Positions 1-9,713 of a stretch of DNA of 64,000 nt are shown here, in pieces. The stretch spans positions 2,968,880 to 3,032,879 of the forward strand of contig CBDCER010000003.1 of the NCBI GenBank assembly GCA_965215855.1, in the 5' to 3' direction. A model generated the notes under the pieces. It was not told the DNA's origin and searched no databases. It saw only the letters and a program-made list of their open reading frames with translations. The position numbers were made by a program, and so were the translations under genes. The stretch's first letter is position 1. Each line of letters begins with the position of its first letter. Origin of the DNA: Aggregatilineales bacterium. GTDB taxonomy: Bacteria > Chloroflexota > Anaerolineae > Aggregatilineales > J027.

Positions 1-1
1 G

Positions 2-790
2 GCTACCTTAATGGGTGGCATGATGGGCTTTGCCTTTCCCGTCTGCGAGTGTGGCGTTGTACCTCTGACTCGTCGCCTTTATCGTAAAGGGTTACCCCTC
101 TCAGCCGGGCTGGCATTTTTGCTGGCAGCTCCGACGATCAATCCTGTTACGATGGCGAGTACCTATGCCGCTTATGGGTTCGGCGATGTGCTGGTTTTGC
201 GATTCATTCTGGGCCTGATTATTCCCATCGTCATTGGTCTGATCTTTGCGCTAAGAGCTACGCCGCTTCAAATTTTGCTGCCCCAGAGTTATGCAGCTCC
301 TATCAGTGGGGCGTCGGATATGGGAGAAAGCGTTGAGTACCTGGATGCCAACCAAATTCCGCCCAAAAAAGAACCATTGACCGCCCAACTGCGTACCGCT
401 ACTCGTATCGCCAGTGATGAGTTCTTTGAGATGGCAAAATATCTGGTTATTGGCTCCATGTTGGCCGCACTCATGCAGACCTTCATCAGCCGCAACGATA
501 TTCTGGCGCTCGGTTCCGGGCCAGTGTCATCTGTAATCTTTATGCAGGTTTTGGGGTTTGTTCTGTCGGTTTGCTCCACAGTAGATGCTTTCATTTCATT
601 GTCGTTCGTCAATGAGTTCACTACCGGCTCCATTCTATCCTTTCTAGTCTTTGGCCCGATGGTAGACATCAAAAGCACCCTGATGTTCCTGAACGTGTTC
701 CGCAAAAACGTTGTGGCCTATCTCATCATACTGCCTTTTTTGATCGTCTTGTTGGTAACCGTATTTATCAATCTAAATTTTGCATTATAG
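2..790 (+). CDS. UPF0718/YraQ-type predicted permease, 5'-truncated at window edge
   Basis: The frame is open from base 2, upstream of the ATG at 11. Multi-TM protein with the family-typical FPVCECGVVP Cys motif. Its usual TIGR03943 partner gene follows 11 nt later. Confidence 0.7.
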   Translation, partial: ATLMGGMMGFAFPVCECGVVPLTRRLYRKGLPLSAGLAFLLAAPTINPVTMASTYAAYGFGDVLVLRFILGLIIPIVIGLIFALRATPLQILLPQSYAAPISGASDMGESVEYLDANQIPPKKEPLTAQLRTATRIASDEFFEMAKYLVIGSMLAALMQTFISRNDILALGSGPVSSVIFMQVLGFVLSVCSTVDAFISLSFVNEFTTGSILSFLVFGPMVDIKSTLMFLNVFRKNVVAYLIILPFLIVLLVTVFINLNFAL

Positions 791-801
791 AGGTTTGGTG
801 G

Positions 802-1557
802 ATGAAAAAATTTCCGTTTGACTGGTCAACCAGCCTTAAGATCGGCATTCTGCTGGGGCTTTCAATATACTTCGCCTATACCGCACTGTCTGGCCGTTGG
901 GCGCTTTATATTGATCCTCGCTTCAAGTGGCTCTCGATCATTGCGGTGTTGCTATTCGCTGTGCTAGCTCTTTCCTATCTGGGAAAATCTACTGCTAGTG
1001 AACATCACCATCATGAACATGACGATCATGAACACATCCATGTCAGGCTGGGGACGATTCTCATTGTCGCGCTTCCGTTGTTGTTTGGCGTATTGATACC
1101 AGCAAAACCGCTGGGCGCAACTGCTATCAAAACACGAGGTATTGATACCGACTTCACTTCTGTGTCACTGGGAGGAAATAGCTCAACCAGCTTGACCATT
1201 GTCGCCAGCGAGCGTAACATTCTTGATTGGGTGCGGGCCATTGCTGACACATCCGATCCTGCTGAGTTGGCTGGGCAGGAGGCCAATGTCGTTGGTTTTG
1301 TGTACCGGGACGCACGTTTTGATGAAAGTCAATTCATGGTGGCGCGTTTTACCATTAGTTGTTGTGTGGCCGACGCACTGGCAATTGGGCTGGTCGTCCA
1401 ACTTCCTGAAGATAGCCCGGGATATGCTACTGACTCCTGGGTTCGTGTCGAAGGGCACTTTGAGGAACACTTCTTTGAGGATACCGTCATTCCTGTACTG
1501 GTTGCGGATGTCGTGACCCCCGTTGACCAACCTGACCAACCGTATCTATATCAATGA
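802..1557 (+). CDS. TIGR03943/DUF1980-family membrane protein (partner of UPF0718 permease) with His-rich loop
   Basis: Two or three N-terminal TM helices, a SEHHHHEHDDHEHIH stretch, and the C-terminal FTISCCVADA motif typical of this family. Confidence 0.7.
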   Translation: MKKFPFDWSTSLKIGILLGLSIYFAYTALSGRWALYIDPRFKWLSIIAVLLFAVLALSYLGKSTASEHHHHEHDDHEHIHVRLGTILIVALPLLFGVLIPAKPLGATAIKTRGIDTDFTSVSLGGNSSTSLTIVASERNILDWVRAIADTSDPAELAGQEANVVGFVYRDARFDESQFMVARFTISCCVADALAIGLVVQLPEDSPGYATDSWVRVEGHFEEHFFEDTVIPVLVADVVTPVDQPDQPYLYQ

Positions 1558-2936
1558 TGAACAAAAACCATTTTTCCATCGATCCATTTGATCGCTATAT
1601 GTTGACTGTAATAACGATTCTGCTGTTTTTGATTGCGGGCGTGGTCGTTTCTGGTGACCATGTTGGCGTTCAAATAATAGATACAAACCCGTTTGATGGT
1701 GATGTCGCTGCCTATTCATCAGATATTCAGGTTGTTTTTGACCAGCCCATGGATCGTAGCAGTGCAGAAAGCCACTTTGTAATAGAGCCAACAATAACCG
1801 GGACTTTTAGTTGGCGCAGCACGACTATGGTTTTTACTCCCGATTTTCCACTGATGCCCAATCAGCAATACACCATTACCCTTAATCTAGGAGCCACGAG
1901 TGAAACAGGCCGTAAACTCGATGCTGGTTATCAATGGTCATTTGTCACCCAAGCTGCTGTTATCTATTATCTCCATCCAACCAATGCTGCCGAACGCGGC
2001 CTATGGGCGATTTCAACGGCTGATCGTGTTCCGTATGAGATTTACAGACCGCAATATGGCATTGTACACTTTGCCCCCAGTCCAGATGGCACGCAGATTG
2101 CCGTGACAGTATATGGTGAAGAGCTCCAGGCCGCTGACATCTGGCTGATTGAAGCTGATGGTTCCAATCCACGCCAACTCACCCAATGTGCTCCGGAAGC
2201 TTGTGGTCGGGCCGCATGGTCACCCGATGGCCGTTTGTTGGCTTATGAATATCAACCCCTAGGCCAGGCAGATGCTCTGGGGCCGTCACGTATCTGGTTG
2301 ATGGATATTGAGACAGGTGAAACTGCACCTGTATTTGAAGACAATCAGATTTTGGGCTATTGGGCTACCTGGAGTCCCGAAGGTCGATTGCTCTCTTTCT
2401 ACGATTCCAATGCTGGTGGCATTCGCATCATTGACCTGCAGACCGAGGCCGGATTCCTTATTGAAACCGACATGCCCGATTACTGGTCGTTTACACCGGA
2501 CAGCAGTGCGATTGCCTATACTGATTTACGTCGAGATAATCAGAAATATCTTGCGCAATTATGGGCAGCCGATTTGACAGATGCCGAGGATGGACGTGAG
2601 CCGTTGCTGGAAGAATCAGAAGAAGATCAAGAGCCAGTCTGGTCGCCAGATGGCACGTTGTTGGCATTTCGCCGCCGCCTTTTTGATCGGGTATCAGGCA
2701 ACGGTTGGCAGTTGATAATCTATGATCCGGTCACGGCTCAACTGCGCCAAGCTACTACTGATGATAACTATACCTGTCGCAACCTCAGTTGGCATCCTGG
2801 AGGGCGCTTCATTCTGATACAACGATACAATCTGGATACCAGTTATTCTGCCGAAGTCTGGCTGTACGATGTCAAGAACGATTATCTGATACAAATTACC
2901 AGCGATGGGTTTTTACCGACTTGGTTGTCATCTTAA
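1554..2936 (+). CDS. Membrane-anchored Ig-like (SbsA-type) plus TolB-like PD40 beta-propeller protein
   Basis: ATGATGA overlap with the upstream stop. N-terminal TM helix, then an Ig-like segment (QVVFDQPMDRSS..YTITL), then repeated PD40-type blades (FAPSPDGTQIA, AAWSPDGRLLA, ATWSPEGRLLS, PVWSPDGTLLA, LSWHPGGRFIL). Confidence 0.7.
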   Translation: MMNKNHFSIDPFDRYMLTVITILLFLIAGVVVSGDHVGVQIIDTNPFDGDVAAYSSDIQVVFDQPMDRSSAESHFVIEPTITGTFSWRSTTMVFTPDFPLMPNQQYTITLNLGATSETGRKLDAGYQWSFVTQAAVIYYLHPTNAAERGLWAISTADRVPYEIYRPQYGIVHFAPSPDGTQIAVTVYGEELQAADIWLIEADGSNPRQLTQCAPEACGRAAWSPDGRLLAYEYQPLGQADALGPSRIWLMDIETGETAPVFEDNQILGYWATWSPEGRLLSFYDSNAGGIRIIDLQTEAGFLIETDMPDYWSFTPDSSAIAYTDLRRDNQKYLAQLWAADLTDAEDGREPLLEESEEDQEPVWSPDGTLLAFRRRLFDRVSGNGWQLIIYDPVTAQLRQATTDDNYTCRNLSWHPGGRFILIQRYNLDTSYSAEVWLYDVKNDYLIQITSDGFLPTWLSS

Positions 2937-3057
2937 ATGTTGAGGCTCCCTCGGCGTGGGCGAGATCTGGTATGGACAGGTTTACCGAGTTCGTACTAGA
3001 TCGAGGTCGCGTTTTCATCATCACACGTGCATGATTGAAGCAGCGTCTAAAGCAAAA

Positions 3058-3819
3058 TCACCAGATGAGTCGATAGCCTAGGCCACGAATTGCCTCGACA
3101 TAATATGGTTCGCCTGGAGCAACATCTATCTTGCGGCGCAGATTGCGGACGTGTGCGCCGATGATTTCCTGGGCCTCGTGGCGGGCACATGTGTAGCCGC
3201 ACGCGGCCTCAACCAGCTTTACATAATCGAAAGCGACTCCTGGCTTGCGACTGAGTTCCAGCAAGAGTCGAAATTCGGTCAGGGTTAATTGCAATGGCTC
3301 CTCATAGAGACTAGCATGATAAATATTGGCATCCAGTTTCAGGTCACCACAGGTGATAACAGGCGGAGTAGAGGGCAGATCATCCGCACGACTCTGAATA
3401 ACATCGGACATTTGCCGGGCAATCTGTTCCAATTGGTCGCGACGTTGTTGGCGCGAACGTGTTTCCAATCCAGCGGCGACAGCCTCCAAAATTTCTTCGT
3501 TACTGGCTGGCTTGAGTAAGTAATTAGCTGCGCCGTGCCGTAGGGCCGCAATCGCCGAATCGACAGTGGCATGGCCTGTCAAGAGAATAACAGCCAGGTC
3601 AGGATAACGCTGGCGAGCATGTTGCAATAAGCCGACGCCGTCTAACATGTCCATCTTAATGTCTGTCAACAGCAGATCGAATGGCGCACACTGCAAGATT
3701 TCGAGTGCCTCTTGCCCGTCGCTGGCTTCCTGCACTTCATAACCTTCACGGATTAACACACGCATCAAAAAATTGCGAATTACGGACTCGTCATCAACAA
3801 TCAATATTCTGGGCATCAT
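3058..3819 (-). CDS. OmpR/PhoB-type response regulator (REC + winged helix)
   Basis: Receiver motifs (ILIVDDE, LLTDIKMDMLDG, LLKP) and a C-terminal winged helix (LTLTEFRLLLEL..GLGYRLIW). Overlaps the upstream kinase ORF by 26 nt. Confidence 0.85.
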   Translation of the reverse strand: MMPRILIVDDESVIRNFLMRVLIREGYEVQEASDGQEALEILQCAPFDLLLTDIKMDMLDGVGLLQHARQRYPDLAVILLTGHATVDSAIAALRHGAANYLLKPASNEEILEAVAAGLETRSRQQRRDQLEQIARQMSDVIQSRADDLPSTPPVITCGDLKLDANIYHASLYEEPLQLTLTEFRLLLELSRKPGVAFDYVKLVEAACGYTCARHEAQEIIGAHVRNLRRKIDVAPGEPYYVEAIRGLGYRLIW

Positions 3820-5152
3820 TGCAATGACTCCTGATGGGCAAGCACACCGTGAAGGTTGTTCCGGTGTACGCTGTACTTTCCACAGAAATGGCTCCGGAGT
3901 GGCGTTGAATAATCTCTTGTGAAATCGCCAACCCCAGCCCTAACCCGCGGGTTTTGGTTGTGAATAGTGGCTCAAATACCTGATCCAAATGTATGTCCGC
4001 AATCCCACCACCATCATCCATTACCTTCAAATATACATTCTGGTCATCAACTGCTGTGCGAAGGGTAATATTACCTTCAGGGGCATTCATGGCCTCGGCT
4101 GCGTTGAGCAGCAGGTTGAGAATCACCTGTTTGATCTGGCTACTGTCACCACACGTCATCGGCAAAGAATCGGTTAGGCTAAGATGCAGATGGATGTTGG
4201 CTTGCTGAAGTCGTTTTCTCATTAAGAGCTGTACGCTTTCACAAATTGTGTTCAGATCGAGGCGGGTATATTGGTGTGTTATAGGGCGCTGAAGATCAAG
4301 CATTTGCCGGAAAATGGTCTCGATGCGTTCCAGTTCGGCATGAATCGTCTGTAAATCTTGCCAGGTAGGGCTGCTTTGCGGGATATTGATTTCAGCCATA
4401 ACCAGTTCTAGACCACTCCGGATAGCCTGTAAGGGATTGTTGATTTCATGAGCCAGAGAACTGGCGAGTTTTCCAATCACCGCCAGTTTTTCGGACTGAA
4501 CGAGATGCGCCTGTGCTTCTTGTAGTGCGGTGGTGCGCTCCTCGATTTTAGCTTCCAGTTGCGCGGAGAACTCTCGTTCGGCAGCTAGCAAGCGATCTAT
4601 TGTGCGTTGTTGTTGGTCTACTGCTTCCAACAATTGCTCAAGCCGCTGGTGGTCTGCATGTAGTTGAGCATGGATTTGTTGAGCGCGTGATAGATGTCCG
4701 ACTGTATATAGAACTCGCGAGACACCCTTCATTAGCAACTGGTACTGCTCATTTTCAGACAGATCTTGCTGGCGATCCAAGCATACAAATGCACCAATAT
4801 GCTCTTGATCCGACATGATGGCTTCATAGTAGAAACCGTTATCTTGCCTGGTGGCACGGTCTTGAGCATTCTGATAAGCATTCTTGGCGAATTGAAGAAC
4901 CTGACGGCGAATCTGAGGAGCCAGTGCTGGGTCTGTATCGCCAAGCCATGTATCACCCACAATATAACGCGCCAATTCTTCATCCCACAACAACATACAG
5001 GCATATTGCGGGCGATAGAAATTGACCATAGTATCTAATGCCAGACACGAAGCTTCCTCGACTGTTTCAGCAGAGATAAGCTCGACCAGGGTTGTTGCCA
5101 GATCACGCATGGCACGGCCTATTCTGGTATCAAACAGGTAGCGACAGAACAT
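3794..5152 (-). CDS. Cytoplasmic sensor histidine kinase (GAF-like N-terminus, HisKA, HATPase_c)
   Basis: H-box SLAHEINNPLQAI; N/G boxes LLLNAAEAM, DDGGGI, GLGLGLAISQEI. No TM segment. An alternative ATG at 5110 would remove the overlap with the FIST gene. Confidence 0.85.
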   Translation of the reverse strand: MFCRYLFDTRIGRAMRDLATTLVELISAETVEEASCLALDTMVNFYRPQYACMLLWDEELARYIVGDTWLGDTDPALAPQIRRQVLQFAKNAYQNAQDRATRQDNGFYYEAIMSDQEHIGAFVCLDRQQDLSENEQYQLLMKGVSRVLYTVGHLSRAQQIHAQLHADHQRLEQLLEAVDQQQRTIDRLLAAEREFSAQLEAKIEERTTALQEAQAHLVQSEKLAVIGKLASSLAHEINNPLQAIRSGLELVMAEINIPQSSPTWQDLQTIHAELERIETIFRQMLDLQRPITHQYTRLDLNTICESVQLLMRKRLQQANIHLHLSLTDSLPMTCGDSSQIKQVILNLLLNAAEAMNAPEGNITLRTAVDDQNVYLKVMDDGGGIADIHLDQVFEPLFTTKTRGLGLGLAISQEIIQRHSGAISVESTAYTGTTFTVCLPIRSHCNDAQNIDC

Positions 5153-6291
5153 TCATAGTGGCCTGCCATTTGCCCCTGTAATCGTGCCAACACACCATGA
5201 CTACGAAATCCCAGAAAGGGTACATTTCCGGCATGGCGTTCGACAGCAGTCCGTTGCTGATCGTGTGCTTCGCCTAACACCAGGGCCGTAGACATGCAGT
5301 CGATAAATAGCAGGCCAGCGGGTCGTGTATCATGAAGCCGTTCTCCCGCTTGTTGGATCGCACGTTCGGCGGCGGTGACCATATGATCGGGTTGTGTACT
5401 GAGAATATGGATCAGACTATTGGTCGGTGGTGGCGATGTCATGAGTAATGCGCCATGGTTATCAAAATTTTTCAGAACGCTGACTTTGCAGTCGTCTTCT
5501 TGGCATATCCCGATAGGGTATGTCAACAGTATGTCCGAGATGGTGTCAGAGGTTAATTGCAGGCCGTGCTCGAACAAAAAGTCTTCGTAAACCTCTTGAG
5601 CCGGTCGGCCATCAATCGTGATGATGCGGCGATCATCAGCTTGGGTCACTCGGTAAGGACCGCTGATCGGTTGCCATCCATTGGCAATTGCCATCCCTAA
5701 CGGCGTCCGACTCAGTATCTCGACACCTGTCAGACCCGCTCGTATCATACGCTTGTTGTGAAACACCGCTGGTGGGCGGGGTGGCGCTGGATGAGTCAAG
5801 CCTGGCCCACCCAAAATATCATATAACATACCCGTCTCAGTCATGGCCCGCTCCACCACGCCGTCCAGATTCATGGATTGGTCATCTGGAAATAACATTA
5901 GAGCGCGATGATTGAATTTGCTGCCCAACCCGGTACTGGAAAGACCACTAAGTTTGCCGAGCAAGCGCCGGCTCCGGTTAAACCATTTCCGCTGCGGAGC
6001 AATAGGATGAAATTGGGCATCCTCATTTTGAATGAGTATGATCCCCGCACCGCCTTCTACATAGCCATCCTGAGTATATTCGCCCGCTGATGTTGCGCCA
6101 ATTAGCGGCACATCACCCAAGATATTATTGACACCCTGCAAGACTCTATCGGGGTCTGGATGCGAGGTAAATAGCATCGCCAGGGCAACCTCATTACTTA
6201 AAATCGCTGATGCCTGACGGGCGGCCTGCTGTCCACATTGGTATCCATCGGTACTGTTATCCAACCCGACACTGATATGTGTTGTCATCAT
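5119..6291 (-). CDS. FIST-domain sensory protein
   Basis: FIST_N/FIST_C-like pattern (LAMLFTSH..PLIGATSAGEY; FLGFRSHGVLA). Soluble. First gene of a co-directional FIST-HK-RR string. Confidence 0.7.
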   Translation of the reverse strand: MMTTHISVGLDNSTDGYQCGQQAARQASAILSNEVALAMLFTSHPDPDRVLQGVNNILGDVPLIGATSAGEYTQDGYVEGGAGIILIQNEDAQFHPIAPQRKWFNRSRRLLGKLSGLSSTGLGSKFNHRALMLFPDDQSMNLDGVVERAMTETGMLYDILGGPGLTHPAPPRPPAVFHNKRMIRAGLTGVEILSRTPLGMAIANGWQPISGPYRVTQADDRRIITIDGRPAQEVYEDFLFEHGLQLTSDTISDILLTYPIGICQEDDCKVSVLKNFDNHGALLMTSPPPTNSLIHILSTQPDHMVTAAERAIQQAGERLHDTRPAGLLFIDCMSTALVLGEAHDQQRTAVERHAGNVPFLGFRSHGVLARLQGQMAGHYECSVATCLIPE

Positions 6292-6462
6292 TCTGCTCGT
6301 GTAAGTTTCTTACGCTTCTGTAGAGTAGTGTAAGCGGGACAGGCCAATCTTTCCTGTCGATTCGGCGAATCTTCGGTATTTATCCGGTGTGCCTTCTGTG
6401 TAAACAGCCATTGTTCTCTTGTATAGTGCTGAATGCCCATCAGGCAAAGGTGGTGAAATGTA

Positions 6463-6915
6463 ATGAAGGAAATTCGTGTTTTATTCATGTTTTTGTTTGT
6501 GTTGCTGATTTTGCCAGTTGGTTCACTGGCGGTGCTGGCGGGGTCGGATAATGCAACAAAAGGCGGCAGCCTGGTTACTCAGCGCCTCGGCGAAGAGGCA
6601 GTAGTATTTATGGATGCCGTTCGTCCGGTCAGCTTCTCGCAGGATATTCAGCCAATTTTCAATCAGCGATGCGTGTTCTGTCATGGCCCCGATAGTATTG
6701 CTGGCAGTGCGCCTAACGGTCTTCTACTCGACACCTATGATAATGTCATCCTGGGATCGTTGTTCTTGCCAGTGGTGCAGGCGGGTCAACCTGATAAGAG
6801 TACGATAATCCTTTTGTTACGTTCGGGCGGGATGCCTGCCCAGGGCCAACCTTTGCCAGAGTACCAGATTCGATTGATCGAAGCCTGGATTGCTCAGGGC
6901 GCTCGAAATAACTAA
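6463..6915 (+). CDS. Small exported protein with one CxxCH motif (PSCyt1-type cytochrome c-like domain)
   Basis: Signal peptide (LFVLLILPVGSLAVLAG), then DIQPIFNQRCVFCHG and a C-terminal IEAWIAQGA, the layout of the planctomycete cytochrome C domain. Confidence 0.65.
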   Translation: MKEIRVLFMFLFVLLILPVGSLAVLAGSDNATKGGSLVTQRLGEEAVVFMDAVRPVSFSQDIQPIFNQRCVFCHGPDSIAGSAPNGLLLDTYDNVILGSLFLPVVQAGQPDKSTIILLLRSGGMPAQGQPLPEYQIRLIEAWIAQGARNN

Positions 6916-6932
6916 CGATAGGAGAGATACAC

Positions 6933-7847
6933 ATGAAGAAGTTTGCAGGTCTTACCCTCTTGATTGCTTTTGCCATCGCCTTGTTGGCGGCCCCTTCGCT
7001 CACGTCGGTCAATGCCCAGGATTCAGAGCCAGAAGACCGCGAAATCCATGTGCGTGGGACTAATCCACAAACTATTGGACAATATCCACATTCCTTCAGC
7101 TACGACGGTAGTGATGTGCGCGGCCAGGAGTGGGGTTTCTTTGAATTACATCTGGACTCTGGCAGCGACACAGGTTTGATGTATGGCCGTTTCCATGTTG
7201 ATTCATACCAGGTGGACGCTGATTTGCTGGTTGAAGATGCGGTTATCACTGTAATTTACCCACTGTTTGGTATGCCCACCGACACCGCTCCCGCTTATTG
7301 GCAGGGTGGTATTGCTGTCGATACCTTGCTGCATGGTGACAGTGGTCAGGAAGCCCCGGTGCTACCGACAGTTTTTAATGAGACAGCCTCCTGGGGACCA
7401 GCACTGGTTTTCATCGACGGTGAACACTACACGGGCGATGAAGAATTCATGGGTGTTGAGAATGTCTATGGCTTGATGACTGGTCACATGATGCTCAGTG
7501 AAATGGTGCGCGATCCTGAGTCAGGCGAAGTTTGGAATGCCGACCAGAGTGACTATTTCTCGCCAATGGACCCCGGCAACGGTTCAATCTTCTCCGATGA
7601 TATTTCCCTATTGCACCTAGTTGCCCACACTGATACCCGTGACACAGAAGCCTTCCCGCCTTTCACGATGTTCTTGCACGTCAATTTCTATGACATTGAG
7701 CGCGACATTGATCCCATCGAGGTCGAATATCTGACCTGGGAAGCCTACGCCGAAATGGATGAGGAAACTTGGGGATCTTTGCTGGACGAGTGGCTCGCTT
7801 TGGTTGATGCAACTGAAGCTGAACTTTACGCTGAGGAAAGCGAATAA
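6933..7847 (+). CDS. Exported acidic hypothetical protein
   Basis: SD TAGGAGAG upstream. Signal peptide ending TSVNAQD. Strongly Asp/Glu-rich with no recognisable domain. Confidence 0.55.
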   Translation: MKKFAGLTLLIAFAIALLAAPSLTSVNAQDSEPEDREIHVRGTNPQTIGQYPHSFSYDGSDVRGQEWGFFELHLDSGSDTGLMYGRFHVDSYQVDADLLVEDAVITVIYPLFGMPTDTAPAYWQGGIAVDTLLHGDSGQEAPVLPTVFNETASWGPALVFIDGEHYTGDEEFMGVENVYGLMTGHMMLSEMVRDPESGEVWNADQSDYFSPMDPGNGSIFSDDISLLHLVAHTDTRDTEAFPPFTMFLHVNFYDIERDIDPIEVEYLTWEAYAEMDEETWGSLLDEWLALVDATEAELYAEESE

Positions 7848-7933
7848 ACACCTCGTTGAATCAGGGTGGAGAAGGCAAGCCTGCCTTTTCCACCCACATC
7901 TCTGCTATTTTCAAATCAGAAGAAGGTTACGCC

Positions 7934-8353
7934 ATGCGAATACGATTGGGATTGTTGGTAGGGTTTGTGCTGATTGTGGTGCTGTCGGCGTGTAATAATG
8001 GTGACAGTACCGCTGTTGAGAACGCTGAGAGCTATTTGGTGGCATTGTCACAAGCTGACGGCGATACAGCTCGACAATATTTGTGTGAACGCCGCAAGCA
8101 TGATGTGGATCGTATTGTGGAGCGCATGGTGTACTTCGATAATGGCGAGGCTGATCTCAGTGTTGATGGCATCACCTGTCAGGAAGATGGTCGTTATGTG
8201 ACTTGCTCCTATAGCTTGGTTTCAACTGTGTACGAGATTGAAACTGTGCAGGAAATTACTGAGACCTATCACATTGAAGATGACCGATTATGCGGAACAG
8301 TTAATCATGACCAGGTAATGTTTGAAGATACCGCTACTATGACCGAAGAGTAG
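7934..8353 (+). CDS. Putative lipoprotein
   Basis: The ATG at 7934 gives MRIRLGLLVGFVLIVVLSAC with lipobox LSAC. The longer ORF from 7856 lacks a signal peptide. Confidence 0.55.
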   Translation: MRIRLGLLVGFVLIVVLSACNNGDSTAVENAESYLVALSQADGDTARQYLCERRKHDVDRIVERMVYFDNGEADLSVDGITCQEDGRYVTCSYSLVSTVYEIETVQEITETYHIEDDRLCGTVNHDQVMFEDTATMTEE

Positions 8354-8450
8354 ACGTCTTTTAGAATGATGTTAGATGGGACGAGATGTCCGCCTATACG
8401 CGACAAGTTGTTGGACAGAACATCTGTCGAATATTCAGTACATAGTTTTC

Positions 8451-9584
8451 TTATGTGTTGTAGACTGGCAAGATCAGGCAAAAAGTAGAGCCTTCACCCA
8501 CAACTGATTCTACAGTCGCATATCCACCATGTAGTTCAGCGATGCGTTTCGCAATTGTCAGACCAGCCCCACTGCCTTGATCCTCATATTTTTCGCGGTC
8601 GATTTGGTAGAACGGCTCGAAAATGTTCTCGTGTTCTTCAGCTGGAATCCCACGCCCGTTATCAGTGACCTCAATCACGATTTGTTGGCGGTCTCGGAAA
8701 TGAGGCGCGACTTGTAGTGTGATTTCTGTGTCATTGGGACTAAACTTGATGGCATTGTCAATCAAGCAGCGCACGGCTTTACTAAGATAGGCTGTGTAGC
8801 CAACAATGGGGGGGATATTCGGATCAATTTCGACCTTCAGTGTTTGGGTACGTTGATCTACTGTCGGTTTGTACTCCTCTACTAAAGGCAAAATAACATC
8901 CTGAAAATCGGAGACGACACTCTGGTGCAACACAAAGGATTCTTCAGCCTCACCTGTTTCCAACTCGACCAATAGGATGAAATCCTCAACGAGGCGACGT
9001 AGACGAGTAGCTCCGCTGTCAATGCCATGAAGATAGCTTCGTAATGTTGTTGATGTCATTTCGCCGGGGGTGTGCTTAAGCATATCACTATACGCTACAA
9101 CATATGTCAATGGTGTGTTGAACTCGTGATAGAGAATGGTCATGATTTTCTTTTTGATCGCAAGCACTTGTTGATCATGTTGTTGGCGTAGCTGACGATG
9201 GCGGCGAATCTTAGCGGAAACTGCTACCAATAAATCATGTGGTTCGAAAGGCTTGGTCACATAGTCGTCGGCCCCCAGTTCTTTACCCAGGTTTTCATCA
9301 GCACGCTCACCTTTAGCCGTCAGAAAAATAAAGGGGATGTCGAGCCAGTTCGATTCTGAGCGCAGTTCATTCAAAAACTGATAACCGTCCATCACTGGCA
9401 TCATGATGTCAGAAACGATGAGGTCAGGTGGCTCATTTGCTCTCAGTTCATTCAGCCCTTCACGCCCACTATTGGCTGTTGATACTTGGTATCCTGCTAA
9501 TTCAAGGATATCGCGAATACCTTCCATTAAATACAAATCATCTTCAACAACCAGAACTTTGCCTTTTGACATACCATCATCCAT
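8451..9584 (-). CDS. Hybrid receiver-histidine kinase (REC-HisKA-HATPase_c)
   Basis: REC (VLVVEDD, IVSDIMMPVMDGY, TKP), H-box HEFNTPLTYV, ATPase boxes DNGRGIP and GSGAGLTIAKRI. Confidence 0.85.
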   Translation of the reverse strand: MDDGMSKGKVLVVEDDLYLMEGIRDILELAGYQVSTANSGREGLNELRANEPPDLIVSDIMMPVMDGYQFLNELRSESNWLDIPFIFLTAKGERADENLGKELGADDYVTKPFEPHDLLVAVSAKIRRHRQLRQQHDQQVLAIKKKIMTILYHEFNTPLTYVVAYSDMLKHTPGEMTSTTLRSYLHGIDSGATRLRRLVEDFILLVELETGEAEESFVLHQSVVSDFQDVILPLVEEYKPTVDQRTQTLKVEIDPNIPPIVGYTAYLSKAVRCLIDNAIKFSPNDTEITLQVAPHFRDRQQIVIEVTDNGRGIPAEEHENIFEPFYQIDREKYEDQGSGAGLTIAKRIAELHGGYATVESVVGEGSTFCLILPVYNT

Positions 9585-9713
9585 GATTACTAATCACCAT
9601 CTTCATGCTTAAAACTTATCTGGTTTTCCAGATGATGTCAACGTGTTTTGTTTGCAGCCAAATCCTGGTAAACTGGAATAATCATTTATGCGAATTCACC
9701 AGGAAGGTTCTGG

